Assembly (NCBI GenBank): GCA_963843895.1
Contig: CAWJME010000004.1
Span: forward strand, 628-64,627
From: an uncultured Actinomycetota bacterium
GTDB taxonomy: Bacteria > Actinomycetota > Actinomycetes > Actinomycetales > Dermatophilaceae
Length of the DNA: 64,000 bases
Reading direction: 5' to 3'
How positions within the stretch are numbered: the stretch's first letter is position 1; every line of letters starts with the position of its first letter. The notes under the pieces are model-generated. The model was given only the letters and a program-made list of their open reading frames with translations, was not told the origin of the DNA and made no database searches. Shown one piece after another: positions 21,723-31,600 of this stretch. The translations under genes and the position numbers were made by a program.

Positions 21723-23264
21723 TCAGATGTCGCGGAAGGTCTCGATCGTCGCGCCGAGGGCGTTGAGGCGCTCGGCGAGGTCCTCGTACCCGCGGTTGAT
21801 GACGTAGACGTTCCGCAGCACCGAGGTCCCGGGGGCGGCGAGCATCGCGAGGAGCACGACGACACCCGGACGCAGCGCCGGCGGGCACATGACCTCGGCG
21901 GCGCGCCACTTCGGGGTCGGCCCGGTGATCATCACGCGGTGCGGGTCGAGCAGCTGGACCTGCCCACCGATCTTGGTCAGCTCGGTGAGGTAGATCGCGC
22001 GGTTCTCGTAGACCCAGTCGTGGATCATCGTCGTGCCCTCGGCGCACGCCGCGATGAGCGCGAAGAACGGCAGGTTGTCGATGTTGAGGCCGGGGAACGG
22101 CATCGGGGCGATCTTGTCGACCGGCGCCTTCAGGGGGCTCGGGTGGATGGTCAGGTCGACGAGCCGGGTCTGCCCGTTCTTGGCGAGGTACTCGTCGGTG
22201 AGGTCGAACCGGAGACCCATCTCCTCGAGCGTCGCGAGCTCGATCTCGAGGAACTCGATCGGCACCCGCTCGATGGTGATCGTCGACTTCGTGACGACGG
22301 CGGCCGCGATGAGGCTCATCGCCTCGATGGGGTCCTCCGAGGGGGAGTACTCGATGTCCACGTCGATCCGAGCGACACCGGTGACCGACAGGGTCGTCGT
22401 CCCGATGCCCTCGATCTTCACCCCGAGGCCCTGGAGGAAGAAGCAGAGGTCCTGGACCATGTAGTTCGGGGAGGCGTTGCGGATGACCGTCGTGCCCTCG
22501 TGGCGGGCCGCGGCCAGGAGCACGTTCTCGGTGACGGTGTCGCCACGCTCGGTGAGGATGATGGCGCGCTTCGGGTGCCGGCTGCGGTCGACGGCGGCCT
22601 CGTAGAAGCCGTGCGTCGCCGCCACGTCGAGGCCGAAGTGGCGCAGCGCCGACAGGTGGGGCTCGACGGTGCGCGTGCCGAGGTCGCAGCCCCCCGCGTA
22701 CGGCAGCTGGAAGTGGTCGTAGTCGGCGAGCAGCGGGCCGAGGAACATGATGACGGTGCGCGTGCGGCGTGCTGCCTCGACGTCGATGCCGGCGATGTCG
22801 AGCCGGGCCGGGGGGATGATCTCGAGGTCGTTGCTGTCGGGGAGCCAGCGCACCCTGACGCCGATCGAGGTGAGGACCTCGATGATGCGGTTGACCTCCT
22901 CGATGCGGGCGAGGTTGCGCAGCGTCGTGCGGCCCTTGTTGAGCAGGCTCGCGCACAGGAGCGCCACGGCGGCGTTCTTGCTCGTCTTGACCGGGATCGA
23001 GCCCGAGAGCTTCTTGCCGCCCACGATCCGCAGGTGCTGCGGACCGGAGTGGCCGAGCGAGACGAACTCGCTGTCGAGCTTCTCGCCGACGCGGGCGAGC
23101 ATCTCGAGCGACAGGTTCTGCTTGCCCTGCTCGATCCGGGCGACCGCGCTCTGGCTCGTGCCGAGGAGGTCGGCGAGCTCGTTCTGGGTCAGGCCCTGGT
23201 GGCGCCGGGCGTCACGGATCAGCGTGCCGATGCGGGTCAGGTACGTGTCGGAGGTCGTCGTCAC
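21723..23264 (-). CDS. XRE-family helix-turn-helix domain fused to a MurA-like UDP-GlcNAc 1-carboxyvinyltransferase (EPSP-synthase fold)
   Basis: Track ORF, 513 aa. N-terminal LIRDARRHQGLTQNELADLLGTSQSAVARIEQGKQN. The rest is MurA-like: LRIVGGKKLSGSIPVKTSKNAAVALLCASLL, AGGCDLGTRTVEPHL, DPHRVMITGP. Confidence 0.8.
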   Translation of the reverse strand: MTTTSDTYLTRIGTLIRDARRHQGLTQNELADLLGTSQSAVARIEQGKQNLSLEMLARVGEKLDSEFVSLGHSGPQHLRIVGGKKLSGSIPVKTSKNAAVALLCASLLNKGRTTLRNLARIEEVNRIIEVLTSIGVRVRWLPDSNDLEIIPPARLDIAGIDVEAARRTRTVIMFLGPLLADYDHFQLPYAGGCDLGTRTVEPHLSALRHFGLDVAATHGFYEAAVDRSRHPKRAIILTERGDTVTENVLLAAARHEGTTVIRNASPNYMVQDLCFFLQGLGVKIEGIGTTTLSVTGVARIDVDIEYSPSEDPIEAMSLIAAAVVTKSTITIERVPIEFLEIELATLEEMGLRFDLTDEYLAKNGQTRLVDLTIHPSPLKAPVDKIAPMPFPGLNIDNLPFFALIAACAEGTTMIHDWVYENRAIYLTELTKIGGQVQLLDPHRVMITGPTPKWRAAEVMCPPALRPGVVVLLAMLAAPGTSVLRNVYVINRGYEDLAERLNALGATIETFRDI

Positions 23265-23280
23265 GCAGCCATGCTAGATC

Positions 23281-23295
23281 ACATATGAGATATGT
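23281..23295. promoter_or_regulatory. AT-rich inverted repeat ACATAT-GAG-ATATGT immediately upstream of the HTH::MurA-like gene
   Basis: Read directly. 17 nt upstream of the start codon at 23264. Confidence 0.4.
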
Positions 23296-23370
23296 CGAAG
23301 TCCCGGTGCGGACGTCCTGAGCGCGCCTCTCAGGCGACCGCAGGGCTCCGCCCACCCCGTCGCCGACCGC

Positions 23371-23417
23371 GAACGTGGGTGAGAACCGTCGCCCGGGCGA
23401 CGGTTCTCACCCACGTT
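23371..23417. terminator. 47-bp perfect palindrome (23-bp arms, CG centre) just downstream of fadB
   Basis: GAACGTGGGTGAGAACCGTCGCC-CG-GGCGACGGTTCTCACCCACGTTC. 9 nt after the fadB stop. Confidence 0.6.
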
Positions 23418-23426
23418 CGGGCCGCG

Positions 23427-25544
23427 TCAGGCCGGGACGCTCGCCACCCCGTGCGGGAGGAGGCGGCGACCGAGCACGCGCTCGGTGACGCCCTCACGGT
23501 CCAGCAGGGGGATGATCCCACCGTTCCAGAACTGGAAGCCGGCCCCGGTGATCATCGCGAGGTCGATGTCCATCGGTGCCTCGACGACACCCTCGGAGAG
23601 CATCAGTCCCACCTCCTCGGCGATCGCTCCGAGGACCCGGGCGCGGACGTCCGGGGCCGACAGCTCGACCGGGTGCTCCGGCCGGACGCGCATCGCCTCG
23701 ACCTCGGGGTCGGGGACCGGCCGGCCGTCCTCCATCAGGTAGTACCCACGCTTGCCCGCCTCGACGATCCGTCGCAGCGTCGGGGACACGTGGAAGCGGT
23801 CGCCGAAGGCGCGGTGGAGGGTCTCGCTGTTGTGCAGCGCGATCGCGGGGCCGACGAGGCCCACGAGGACGAACGGCGGCATCGGGGCCAGGCCCGCGAC
23901 CGCCCGGTCGGCCACGTCGACCGGCGTCCCCTCGTCGACCACCCGGGAGTACTCGCCCATGAACCGGCCGAGGAGGCGGTTGACGATGAACGACGCGGTG
24001 TCCTTGGAGCGGATGCACGTCTTGCCCAGCGCCCGGCCCGTGGCGAAGGCCGTCGCGAGGGTGGCCTCGTCGGTGCGCTCGCCCGGGATCACCTCGAGCA
24101 GCGGCATGACCGCCACCGGGTTGAAGAAGTGGAACCCGACGACCCGCTCGGGGTGCTCGAGCCGGCTCGCCATCTCGGTGATCGAGAGCGACGAGGTGTT
24201 CGTCATGAGGACGCACTCGGCGGAGACGACGGCCTCGACCTCGGCGAACACCTGCTGCTTGACCGACATCTCCTCGAAGACCGCCTCGATGACGAGGTCG
24301 GCGTCGGCGAAACCCTCCTTGCTCGTCGAGCCGGTGACGAGGCGCGTGAGGAACGAGGCCGTGTCGGGGGAGACGCGGCGCTTCTCGAGGAGGCCCTGGA
24401 CCTCCTGGTGGACCCAGCCGACGCCCGAGGCCACGCGCTCCTCGTCGAGGTCGGTCATGACGACCGGCACCCCGAGGCGGCGCGCGAAGAGCAGTGCGAG
24501 CTGGCTGGCCATGAGGCCGGCGCCGACGATGCCGACCTTGGTCACCGGTCGGGCGAGGGCCTTGTCCGGCGCGCCGGCCGGGCGCTTGGCCCGCTTCTGC
24601 ACGAGGTCGAAGGCGTAGAGGCCGGCCCGCAGCTCGTCGGACATGATGAGGTCGCCGAGCGCCTCGTCCTCGGCGGCGAAGGCGTCCTCGCGGGTCGCGG
24701 TGCGCGCGGCCCGGACCAGCTCGACGGCGCGCAGCGCACCGGGGGAGCGGCCGGCGGTCTTGGCCCGCACGACCTTCGCGGCCCGGTCGCAGGCGGCGTC
24801 CCAGGCGTCCGCGTCGCGGTCGACCTCGGGGCGGTCCACCGTCACGGCACCGCTGAGCACCCCGGCGGCCCAGCGCAGGGAGTCCTCGAGGAAGTCGGCG
24901 GGCTCGAGCAGGACGTCGGCGATGCCGAGCTGCGCCACCTCCTTGGCCTTGAGCATCCGGTTCTGCGACAACGGGTTCTCGATGACGACCGTGAGGGCGG
25001 CCTCCGGGCCGACGAGGTTCGGCAGGAGGTAGCAGCCGCCCCAGCCGGGGAGCAGGCCGAGGAAGGTCTCCGGGAGCGCGAAGGCCGGGACGCCGGCGGA
25101 CACCGTGCGGTAGTCGGCGGACAGCGCCAGCTCGACCCCACCGCCCATCGCGGCGCCGTTGACGAACGCGAACGTCGGGACCGGGAGGTCCATCAGGGTG
25201 GCGAAGGCGTGGTGCCCCGCCCGGGCGATCTCGACGGCCTGCCCGCGCTCGGTGACGTAGGGGATGCCGGAGAGGTCGGCGCCGACGGCGAAGATGAACG
25301 GTTTGCCGGTGACGCCGACGGCCTGGATCTCCCCGGCCTCGGCGCGCGCCCGGAGGGTGTCGAGGGCGTCCTGCAGCCCGGCGATGCCCTCGGGGCCGAA
25401 GGTGTTCGGCCGGGTGTGGTCCTTGCCGTTGTCGAGGGTGATGAGCGCGAGGGTGCCTGCGCCGCCGGGGAGGGCGACGTCCTGGACCGGGGTGCGCGTG
25501 ACGACCTCGGCGGGGAGCTCGGGGGCGTGCGTGGTGGTGGTCAT
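23427..25544 (-). CDS. fadB: bifunctional enoyl-CoA hydratase / 3-hydroxyacyl-CoA dehydrogenase
   Basis: ATG 25544 in track ORF 23427..25742. N-terminal crotonase fold (FIFAVGADL, NGAAMGGGVELAL). C-terminal VGIVGAGLMASQLA Rossmann motif and HFFNP. Confidence 0.9.
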   Translation of the reverse strand: MTTTTHAPELPAEVVTRTPVQDVALPGGAGTLALITLDNGKDHTRPNTFGPEGIAGLQDALDTLRARAEAGEIQAVGVTGKPFIFAVGADLSGIPYVTERGQAVEIARAGHHAFATLMDLPVPTFAFVNGAAMGGGVELALSADYRTVSAGVPAFALPETFLGLLPGWGGCYLLPNLVGPEAALTVVIENPLSQNRMLKAKEVAQLGIADVLLEPADFLEDSLRWAAGVLSGAVTVDRPEVDRDADAWDAACDRAAKVVRAKTAGRSPGALRAVELVRAARTATREDAFAAEDEALGDLIMSDELRAGLYAFDLVQKRAKRPAGAPDKALARPVTKVGIVGAGLMASQLALLFARRLGVPVVMTDLDEERVASGVGWVHQEVQGLLEKRRVSPDTASFLTRLVTGSTSKEGFADADLVIEAVFEEMSVKQQVFAEVEAVVSAECVLMTNTSSLSITEMASRLEHPERVVGFHFFNPVAVMPLLEVIPGERTDEATLATAFATGRALGKTCIRSKDTASFIVNRLLGRFMGEYSRVVDEGTPVDVADRAVAGLAPMPPFVLVGLVGPAIALHNSETLHRAFGDRFHVSPTLRRIVEAGKRGYYLMEDGRPVPDPEVEAMRVRPEHPVELSAPDVRARVLGAIAEEVGLMLSEGVVEAPMDIDLAMITGAGFQFWNGGIIPLLDREGVTERVLGRRLLPHGVASVPA

Positions 25545-25549
25545 GGCGC

Positions 25550-26761
25550 TCACGCGTCCTTTCCGTAGTCGGCGTGCTGAGGGTTCTCCCAGATGACGCT
25601 GCCGCCCATCCCGATGCCGATGCACATCGCGGTGAGGCCGTAGCGCACCTCCGGGTGCTCCTCGAAGTGCCGGGCGAGCTGGCTCATGAGCCGCACGCCG
25701 GACGAGGCGAGGGGGTGCCCGACGGCGATGGCGCCGCCCCACGGGTTGACCCGCTCGTCGTCATCGGCGATGCCGAAGTGGTCGAGGAAGGACAGCACCT
25801 GGACCGCGAAGGCCTCGTTGAGCTCGAAGAGGCCGATGTCCTCGATGGTCAGCCCCGCCTTGGCGAGGGCCTTCTCGGTGGCCGGGACCGGGCCGATGCC
25901 CATGACCTCGGGCTCGACGCCGACGAAGGCGTACGAGACGAGCCGCATCCGGACGGGAAGTCCGAGCTCCTCGGCCGCGGCCTCGGAGGCGAGGAGGCAG
26001 GCGGTCGCACCGTCGTTGAGGCCCGCGGCGTTGCCGGCGGAGACGTTGCCGTGCGGCCGGAACGGGGTGCGCAGCCCCGCGAGCTCCTCGAGCGTCGTGC
26101 CCGGGCGCGGCGGCTCGTCGACCGTCGCGAGCCCCCAGCCCAGCTCCTGGTGCCGGGTGGCGACGGGGACGAGGTCGGGCTGGACCTTGCCGGCCGCGTA
26201 GGCGGCGGCGAGCTTGCGCTGGCTGCCGACGGCGAAGGCGTCGCAGCGCTCCTTGGTGAGCTCCGGGAAGCGGTCGTGGAGGTTCTCGGCGGTCTTGCCC
26301 ATGACCAGCGCCGACTCGTCGACGATCCGCTCGGCGACGATCCGCGGGTTGGGGTCGACGCCCTCGCCCATCGGGTGCCGGCCCATGTGCTCGACACCGC
26401 CGGCGATCGCGACGTCGATGGCGCCGACGCCGATCGAGGAGGCGATGGTCGTGACGGCCGTCATGGCGCCCGCGCACATGCGGTCGATGGAGTAGCCGGG
26501 GGTGCTCTTGGGCAGCCCGGACAGCAGGGCGGTGAGCCGGCCCAGGGTCAGGCCCTGGTCGCCGATCTGGGTGGTCGCCGCGATGGCGACCTCCTCGACG
26601 CGGTCCTTCGGGAGCTCGGGGTGGCGCCGGAGCAGCTCGCGGACGCACTTGATGACGAGGTCGTCGGCGCGGGTCTGGGCGTACATGCCCTTCTCGCCGG
26701 CCTTGCCGAAGGGGGTGCGGACGCCGTCGACGAAGACGACCTCCTGGAGCTCACGGGGCAC
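25550..26761 (-). CDS. fadA: acetyl-CoA C-acyltransferase (thiolase)
   Basis: Track ORF. IDRMCAGAMTAV active-site Cys region, NEAFA, GGAIAVGHPLASSG and CIGIGMG. Confidence 0.9.
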   Translation of the reverse strand: MPRELQEVVFVDGVRTPFGKAGEKGMYAQTRADDLVIKCVRELLRRHPELPKDRVEEVAIAATTQIGDQGLTLGRLTALLSGLPKSTPGYSIDRMCAGAMTAVTTIASSIGVGAIDVAIAGGVEHMGRHPMGEGVDPNPRIVAERIVDESALVMGKTAENLHDRFPELTKERCDAFAVGSQRKLAAAYAAGKVQPDLVPVATRHQELGWGLATVDEPPRPGTTLEELAGLRTPFRPHGNVSAGNAAGLNDGATACLLASEAAAEELGLPVRMRLVSYAFVGVEPEVMGIGPVPATEKALAKAGLTIEDIGLFELNEAFAVQVLSFLDHFGIADDDERVNPWGGAIAVGHPLASSGVRLMSQLARHFEEHPEVRYGLTAMCIGIGMGGSVIWENPQHADYGKDA

Positions 26762-26825
26762 GGGTGGCCTCCCTGGTCGGGTGCGGGGTCGGCCCGGGGT
26801 GTCCCGGGCTCACACCGCGAGCGTA

Positions 26826-26841
26826 CTAAGCGGTCGCTTAG
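26826..26841. promoter_or_regulatory. near-palindrome CTAAGCG-GT-CGCTTAG upstream of fadA (candidate TetR/FadR-type operator)
   Basis: Read directly. About 65 nt upstream of the fadA GTG. Lies in the fadA / yrhK-like divergent region. Confidence 0.35.
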
Positions 26842-26929
26842 CCGTCGATGGCCGGGGAGGTGAGGGGCGTCACGCAGCCGGTGCCACGATGGGCGACGAC
26901 CGCTCCAGCGACCCGCCCGGAGGAGACCC

Positions 26930-27211
26930 GTGGACCTGCACATCCCCTACACCGACGACGAGATCGTGCTCCGTGACCGCTACGAGATCCTGAGCATCGT
27001 CAACGACCTGCTCATCGCCGTGTGGTTCCTCATCGGGAGCATCCTGTTCTTCCGGGAGAGCACGGCCTACGCGGGCACGTGGCTCTTCGTCCTCGGCTCG
27101 GCCCAGCTGATGCTCCGCCCGTCGATCCGGCTGTCCCGGCGGGTGCATCTGCAGCGGCACCGGCAGCGCCACGGCGGGCAGGGCCCCACCGACAGCAGCC
27201 AGGACTTCTGA
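26930..27211 (+). CDS. YrhK-like small membrane protein
   Basis: Track ORF, 93 aa. Two hydrophobic helices (LLIAVWFLIGSILFF, GTWLFVLGSAQLML). Confidence 0.6.
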   Translation: MDLHIPYTDDEIVLRDRYEILSIVNDLLIAVWFLIGSILFFRESTAYAGTWLFVLGSAQLMLRPSIRLSRRVHLQRHRQRHGGQGPTDSSQDF

Positions 27212-27225
27212 GGACCGGCCCTCAG
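27208..27225. terminator. short hairpin CTGAGG...CCTCAG spanning both convergent stop codons
   Basis: Read directly. 18 nt with one mismatched pair. Confidence 0.25.
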
Positions 27226-28463
27226 GCGTCCGGGTGCGCGGCCGCCGCGTCGGCGAGCATCGGCGCGACGATGTCGGCCTGCCAGCGCCGGACCCCGAGC
27301 GCCTCGAGGGCCGCGGTGAAGCCCTCGACCGAGCGGTCCTCCGGCGGCGACCAGACGACGCGGCGCAGCGGGTCGGGCGAGCACACGTTCTCGACCGGGA
27401 TGGTGTGCTCCTCGGCGAACGCCGTGAGCGCCGCGCGGGTGGCGCCGAGCCGCTCCGCCGCGACGGGGTTCTTGTCGGGCCACACCCGCGGCGGCGGGGG
27501 ACCGTCCGGCGGCAGGGTGCGCGGCGGCAGCTCGTCCTCGGGGATCGCCGTGCCGCGGGCCACGGCCTCCACCCAGTGCCTCCCGTACCGCTTGATGGCG
27601 CGGTGCCCGGAGGGGAGGTCCTCGGTCGTGGTCGGGGCCTCGCGGGCGATGTCGACGAGCGCGGCGTCGGGCAGCACCCGGCCCACGGAGGTGTCGCGGT
27701 CACGGGCGATGGCGTCGCGGGCGTACCAGAGCTCGCGGATGACGCCGATGGCCCGCCGCGACCGCAGCGTGTTGATGCCCGAGGTGCGGCGCCAGGGGTC
27801 GACCCGCTCCGTGGGGGACCAGGAGAGCAGCGCCGCGAACTCCTGGCGGGCCCACTCGGCCTTGCCCTGCTTCGCGAGGTCGACGCCCATGAGGTTGCGC
27901 AGCTCGCCGAGCACCTCGACGTCGAGCGCCGCGTAGCGCAGCCACGGGTCGGGCAGCGGCCGGGTCGACCAGTCGACGGCCGAGTGCTCCTTCGCGAGCC
28001 GGAGCCCGAGGTAGTGCTCGACGACGGCGGCGAGGCCGACGCGGTGCAGCCCGAGGATGCGGGCGGCGAGCTCGGTGTCGAAGAGCTGCCGGGGCCGCAG
28101 GCCGACCTCCGCGAGGCACGCGAGGTCCTGCGTCGCGGCATGGAGGATCCACTCGGCCGGGCCGATGGCGTCCGCGAGCGGCGTGAGGTCGGGGACGGCG
28201 ATGGGGTCGATGAGCCAGGTGCCCGAACCCTCACGCCGCACCTGGACCAGGTAGGCCCGCTGTCCGTAGCGGTACCCGGAGGCTCGCTCGGCGTCGATCG
28301 CGACCGGGCCGACCCCCGCGGCGACGGCCGCCGCCGCCTCGTCGAGGCCGCGCTCGCTCTCGACGACGGCCGGGACGCCCTCGGCCGGCTCCTCGAGCGG
28401 GACGGTGGGCGCGAGGTCGGGAGCGTCCTCGCCATCGGCGGGGGCGTCGGTCGTCGAGCTCAT
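27222..28463 (-). CDS. rnd: ribonuclease D (DEDD 3'-5' exonuclease plus HRDC)
   Basis: Track ORF. VAIDAERASGYRY, LVQVRR, ILHAATQDL and YAALDVEVL motifs. Confidence 0.85.
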   Translation of the reverse strand: MSSTTDAPADGEDAPDLAPTVPLEEPAEGVPAVVESERGLDEAAAAVAAGVGPVAIDAERASGYRYGQRAYLVQVRREGSGTWLIDPIAVPDLTPLADAIGPAEWILHAATQDLACLAEVGLRPRQLFDTELAARILGLHRVGLAAVVEHYLGLRLAKEHSAVDWSTRPLPDPWLRYAALDVEVLGELRNLMGVDLAKQGKAEWARQEFAALLSWSPTERVDPWRRTSGINTLRSRRAIGVIRELWYARDAIARDRDTSVGRVLPDAALVDIAREAPTTTEDLPSGHRAIKRYGRHWVEAVARGTAIPEDELPPRTLPPDGPPPPRVWPDKNPVAAERLGATRAALTAFAEEHTIPVENVCSPDPLRRVVWSPPEDRSVEGFTAALEALGVRRWQADIVAPMLADAAAAHPDA

Positions 28464-28470
28464 CCGCGGG

Positions 28471-29055
28471 TCACCGGCGCGGACCCGGGAGGGCGACGAC
28501 GCCCTCGGGCAGCGGGGGCAGGCCGGCGATCGTGCAGAGGAGGTCGGACCACGCGAGGAGGTGGTCGCCGACCTCGGGCCCGAGGGGCGTCCACGAGGCG
28601 CGCAGCTCCATCTCGACGCTCGCCGGGCGGTCCGAGAGGCCGCCGAAGCTCTCCGAGACGACGCGCGTCACCGTGCCGGCCTCGGCCGCGAAGGGCACGC
28701 CTCGGGCCTCGAGCGCGTCGGTGAGCCAGCTCCAGCCGACCTCGCCGAGGAGGGGCTCGACGGCGAACTCCGCCTCGAGCTCGGCGCGCGCGAAGGTCAC
28801 CGCCCGCCACTCGCCACCCCACGGCTCGGGGGCCGACGGGTCGTGGAGGAGGACGAAGCGGCCCGAGGCCAGCTCGTCATCGGGGTCCCGCGGGTCGATG
28901 ACGTCGGCGGTCAGCGCGACGGCGTGCGGAGCGATGCGCTGGGGGGCCGGGACCTCGGTGAGCCGGATCTCCGGCCGCAGCCGGGCACGGTGCAGCTCCT
29001 CGAGAGCCTGGGCGAATTCCGGGGACTCTCGCCCGGTCAGAGTGCTACGCGCCAC
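28471..29055 (-). CDS. DUF3000 domain protein
   Basis: GTG 29055 in track ORF 28471..30057. EFAQALEELHRARLRPEIRLTEVPAPQRIAPHAVAL. Conserved partner of rnd (recall). Confidence 0.7.
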   Translation of the reverse strand: MARSTLTGRESPEFAQALEELHRARLRPEIRLTEVPAPQRIAPHAVALTADVIDPRDPDDELASGRFVLLHDPSAPEPWGGEWRAVTFARAELEAEFAVEPLLGEVGWSWLTDALEARGVPFAAEAGTVTRVVSESFGGLSDRPASVEMELRASWTPLGPEVGDHLLAWSDLLCTIAGLPPLPEGVVALPGPRR

Positions 29056-29157
29056 ACGCAGCAATGTAGGCGGCCCGCGCCGTCGAGCGCGTGAGGCCAC
29101 GCCGGGGCGACCGGACGCACCCTCGTCGGCCTCGTCACGGGTGGCTACGCTGCGCAC

Positions 29158-29982
29158 GTGCTCAGCCTCCTCGCGCTGGGGTCCTCCGCGGTGTGGGGAA
29201 CCTCGGACTTCCTCGCCGGCCTGGCCTCCCGCCGGCGCCCGGCGGTCGCGGTCGTCGGTTGGACCCAGGGCCTCGCGCTCCTCGTCGTCTCCGTCGCGGT
29301 GCTCGCGCGCCCCGGCTTCGCGACCATCGGGCAGTGGGGGCCGTGGTCGGTCGCCGCGGGCCTCTCCGGGCTCGTGGGGCTCGTCTGCTTCTACTCCGCA
29401 CTGTCCTCCGGGACGATGGGCGTCGTCGCACCGATCGCCGGGCTCGGGGTGGTCGTCCCCGTCGTGCTCGGGGTCGCCGGGGGCGAGCGACCCTCGACCG
29501 TGGCGTGGGTGGGCATGGTCGTGGCGGTGCTCGGCGTGACCCTGGCCTCCGGTCCGGAGATCGCGGCCGGGCTGTCCGCGCGGCCGGTCGCGCTCGCCGT
29601 CGGGGCCGCCGTGGGGTTCGGGCTCACCCTCTACCTCATCGACCGCGGGGCCCGGGTCTCCACGCTCATGACGTTGTGGGGGATGCGGGTCACCTCGGTG
29701 ACGGTGCTGCTCGTCGTCGCCCTGCTCGCCCGCTCGGCCGGCGGCGTCGTGACCCGCGACCTGCCGATGCTCCTCGTCATCGGCTGCGGCGACCTCGGGG
29801 CCAACGCCCTCTTCGCCGTCGCCTCCTCGCGCGGCGAGGTGAGCATCGCCTCGGTGCTCGCCTCCCTCTACCCCGTCGTCACCGCGGTGCTCGCCCGGGT
29901 GGTCCTCGACGAGCGGCTCCAGCGGGTCCAGCAGGTGGGGGTGGCGCTCGCGGTGGGCGGCGCGGTCCTCATCGCGGCCTGA
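29158..29982 (+). CDS. EamA/DMT-family transporter
   Basis: Track ORF. About 9-10 hydrophobic helices; GTSDFLAG N-terminal motif. Confidence 0.75.
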   Translation: MLSLLALGSSAVWGTSDFLAGLASRRRPAVAVVGWTQGLALLVVSVAVLARPGFATIGQWGPWSVAAGLSGLVGLVCFYSALSSGTMGVVAPIAGLGVVVPVVLGVAGGERPSTVAWVGMVVAVLGVTLASGPEIAAGLSARPVALAVGAAVGFGLTLYLIDRGARVSTLMTLWGMRVTSVTVLLVVALLARSAGGVVTRDLPMLLVIGCGDLGANALFAVASSRGEVSIASVLASLYPVVTAVLARVVLDERLQRVQQVGVALAVGGAVLIAA

Positions 29983-30044
29983 CGGCGGCGGGGGGTTCGA
30001 CGGCCGTCGGCCGCCTGCCCGGCCGGATGGGAGGATGTCGCGTC

Positions 30045-31103
30045 GTGACGACCCCACCGCCCCCGGCCGCCGCGCCCGCCTCCGACTCCGCCCTCGTCCG
30101 GGCTGCCCGCGGCCTGCCGGTCTCGCACACGCCGGTCTGGTTCATGCGGCAGGCCGGTCGGTCGCTGCCGGAGTACCGGAAGGTCCGCGAGGGCGTCGGG
30201 ATGCTCGAGTCCTGCCGCCGCCCCGACCTCGTCACCGAGATCACGCTCCAGCCGGTGCGCCGGCACGGTGTCGACGCCGCGATCTTCTTCTCCGACATCG
30301 TCGTCCCCCTGGCCGCCGTGGGCGTCGACCTCGACATCGTCCCCGGGGTCGGGCCCGTCGTCGCCGAGCCGGTCCGCACGCGCGCCGACGTCGAGCGGCT
30401 GCGCCACCTCGTGCCGGAGGACGTCACCGACATCACGGAGTCCGTGCGGATGCTCGTCGCCGAGCTCGGCGCCACCCCGCTCATCGGGTTCGCCGGGGCA
30501 CCGTTCACCCTCGCCTCCTACCTCGTCGAGGGGGGCCCCTCGAAGAACCACGAGCACACCAAGGCGCTGATGCACGGCGACCCCGAGCTGTGGAACGACC
30601 TGTGCGGCCGGCTGGCCCAGATCTCCGGGGCGTTCCTGCGGGTCCAGGCCGAGGCCGGCGCGTCCGTCGTCCAGCTCTTCGACTCATGGGCGGGGGTCCT
30701 GAGCCGCGCCGACTACACGCGCTTCGTCCGACCGCACTCCGCGACGGCGCTCGCGGCCGTCGCCGACCTCGGCGTCCCCCGCATCCACTTCGGCGTCGGG
30801 ACCGGGGAGCTGCTGACCCTCATGGGCGAGGCCGGTGCCGACGTCGTCGGCGTGGACTACCGCGTCTCGCTGAGCGACGCCCTCGAGCGCACCGGTGGCC
30901 GCTGGCCCCTCCAGGGCAACCTCGACCCGGCCCTGCTGTTCGCGCCGTGGGACGCCCTCGGACGACGGGTCCGCGAGATCGTCGAGGAGGGGCGGGCCGC
31001 CCCGGGGCACGTCTTCAACCTCGGCCACGGGGTCCTGCCCGACACCGACCCCGACGTGCTGACACGGGTCGTCGAGCTCGTCCACGAGGTCTCCGCGCGA
31101 TGA
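30045..31103 (+). CDS. hemE: uroporphyrinogen decarboxylase
   Basis: GTG 30045 is preceded by GGGAGGA, in track ORF 29091..31103. [30 protein letters not shown] and FNLGHGV. Confidence 0.9.
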   Translation: MTTPPPPAAAPASDSALVRAARGLPVSHTPVWFMRQAGRSLPEYRKVREGVGMLESCRRPDLVTEITLQPVRRHGVDAAIFFSDIVVPLAAVGVDLDIVPGVGPVVAEPVRTRADVERLRHLVPEDVTDITESVRMLVAELGATPLIGFAGAPFTLASYLVEGGPSKNHEHTKALMHGDPELWNDLCGRLAQISGAFLRVQAEAGASVVQLFDSWAGVLSRADYTRFVRPHSATALAAVADLGVPRIHFGVGTGELLTLMGEAGADVVGVDYRVSLSDALERTGGRWPLQGNLDPALLFAPWDALGRRVREIVEEGRAAPGHVFNLGHGVLPDTDPDVLTRVVELVHEVSAR

Positions 31104-31597
31104 CCCACGACCCGGCGGTGTTCCATGCCGACGAGCGCACGATGCTCGATGCGTTCCTCGACGAGCACCGTGCCCTCCTGCGCGCGAGCCTCCACGGGCT
31201 CACCGAGGAGCAGGCCCGCCGCCGGCTCGTGCCCTCTCTGACGACCCTGCTCGGCCTGGTCACGCACGCGACGTTCGTCGAGCAGGTGTGGTTCGACGAG
31301 GCCGTGACCGGCCGCAGCCGCGCCGACATCGGGATCCCGGAGACCGTCGAGGAGTCGTTCGCGCCCACCGCCGACGAGACCGTGGCGTCGGTGACCGAAG
31401 CCCATCGACTCGCCTGCGAGGCGTCCCGCCGTGCGGTGGCCGGCCTCGCCCTCGACGACCTCGTCCGGGGGAACCGCCGCGGCCCGTTGCCGTTGCGGTG
31501 GGTGTACCTGCACGTGCTCCGCGAGCTCGCCCAGCACGCGGGACACGCCGACATCCTGCGCGAGCAGGTGCTCGCGCAGGATGCCGAGAGGGTCTGA
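31100..31597 (+). CDS. DinB-family (DUF664) protein
   Basis: ATG 31100 overlaps the hemE stop (ATGA). C-terminal part of track ORF 30035..31597. LLGLVTH...[20 protein letters not shown]. Confidence 0.7.
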   Translation: MTHDPAVFHADERTMLDAFLDEHRALLRASLHGLTEEQARRRLVPSLTTLLGLVTHATFVEQVWFDEAVTGRSRADIGIPETVEESFAPTADETVASVTEAHRLACEASRRAVAGLALDDLVRGNRRGPLPLRWVYLHVLRELAQHAGHADILREQVLAQDAERV

Positions 31598-31600
31598 CGG

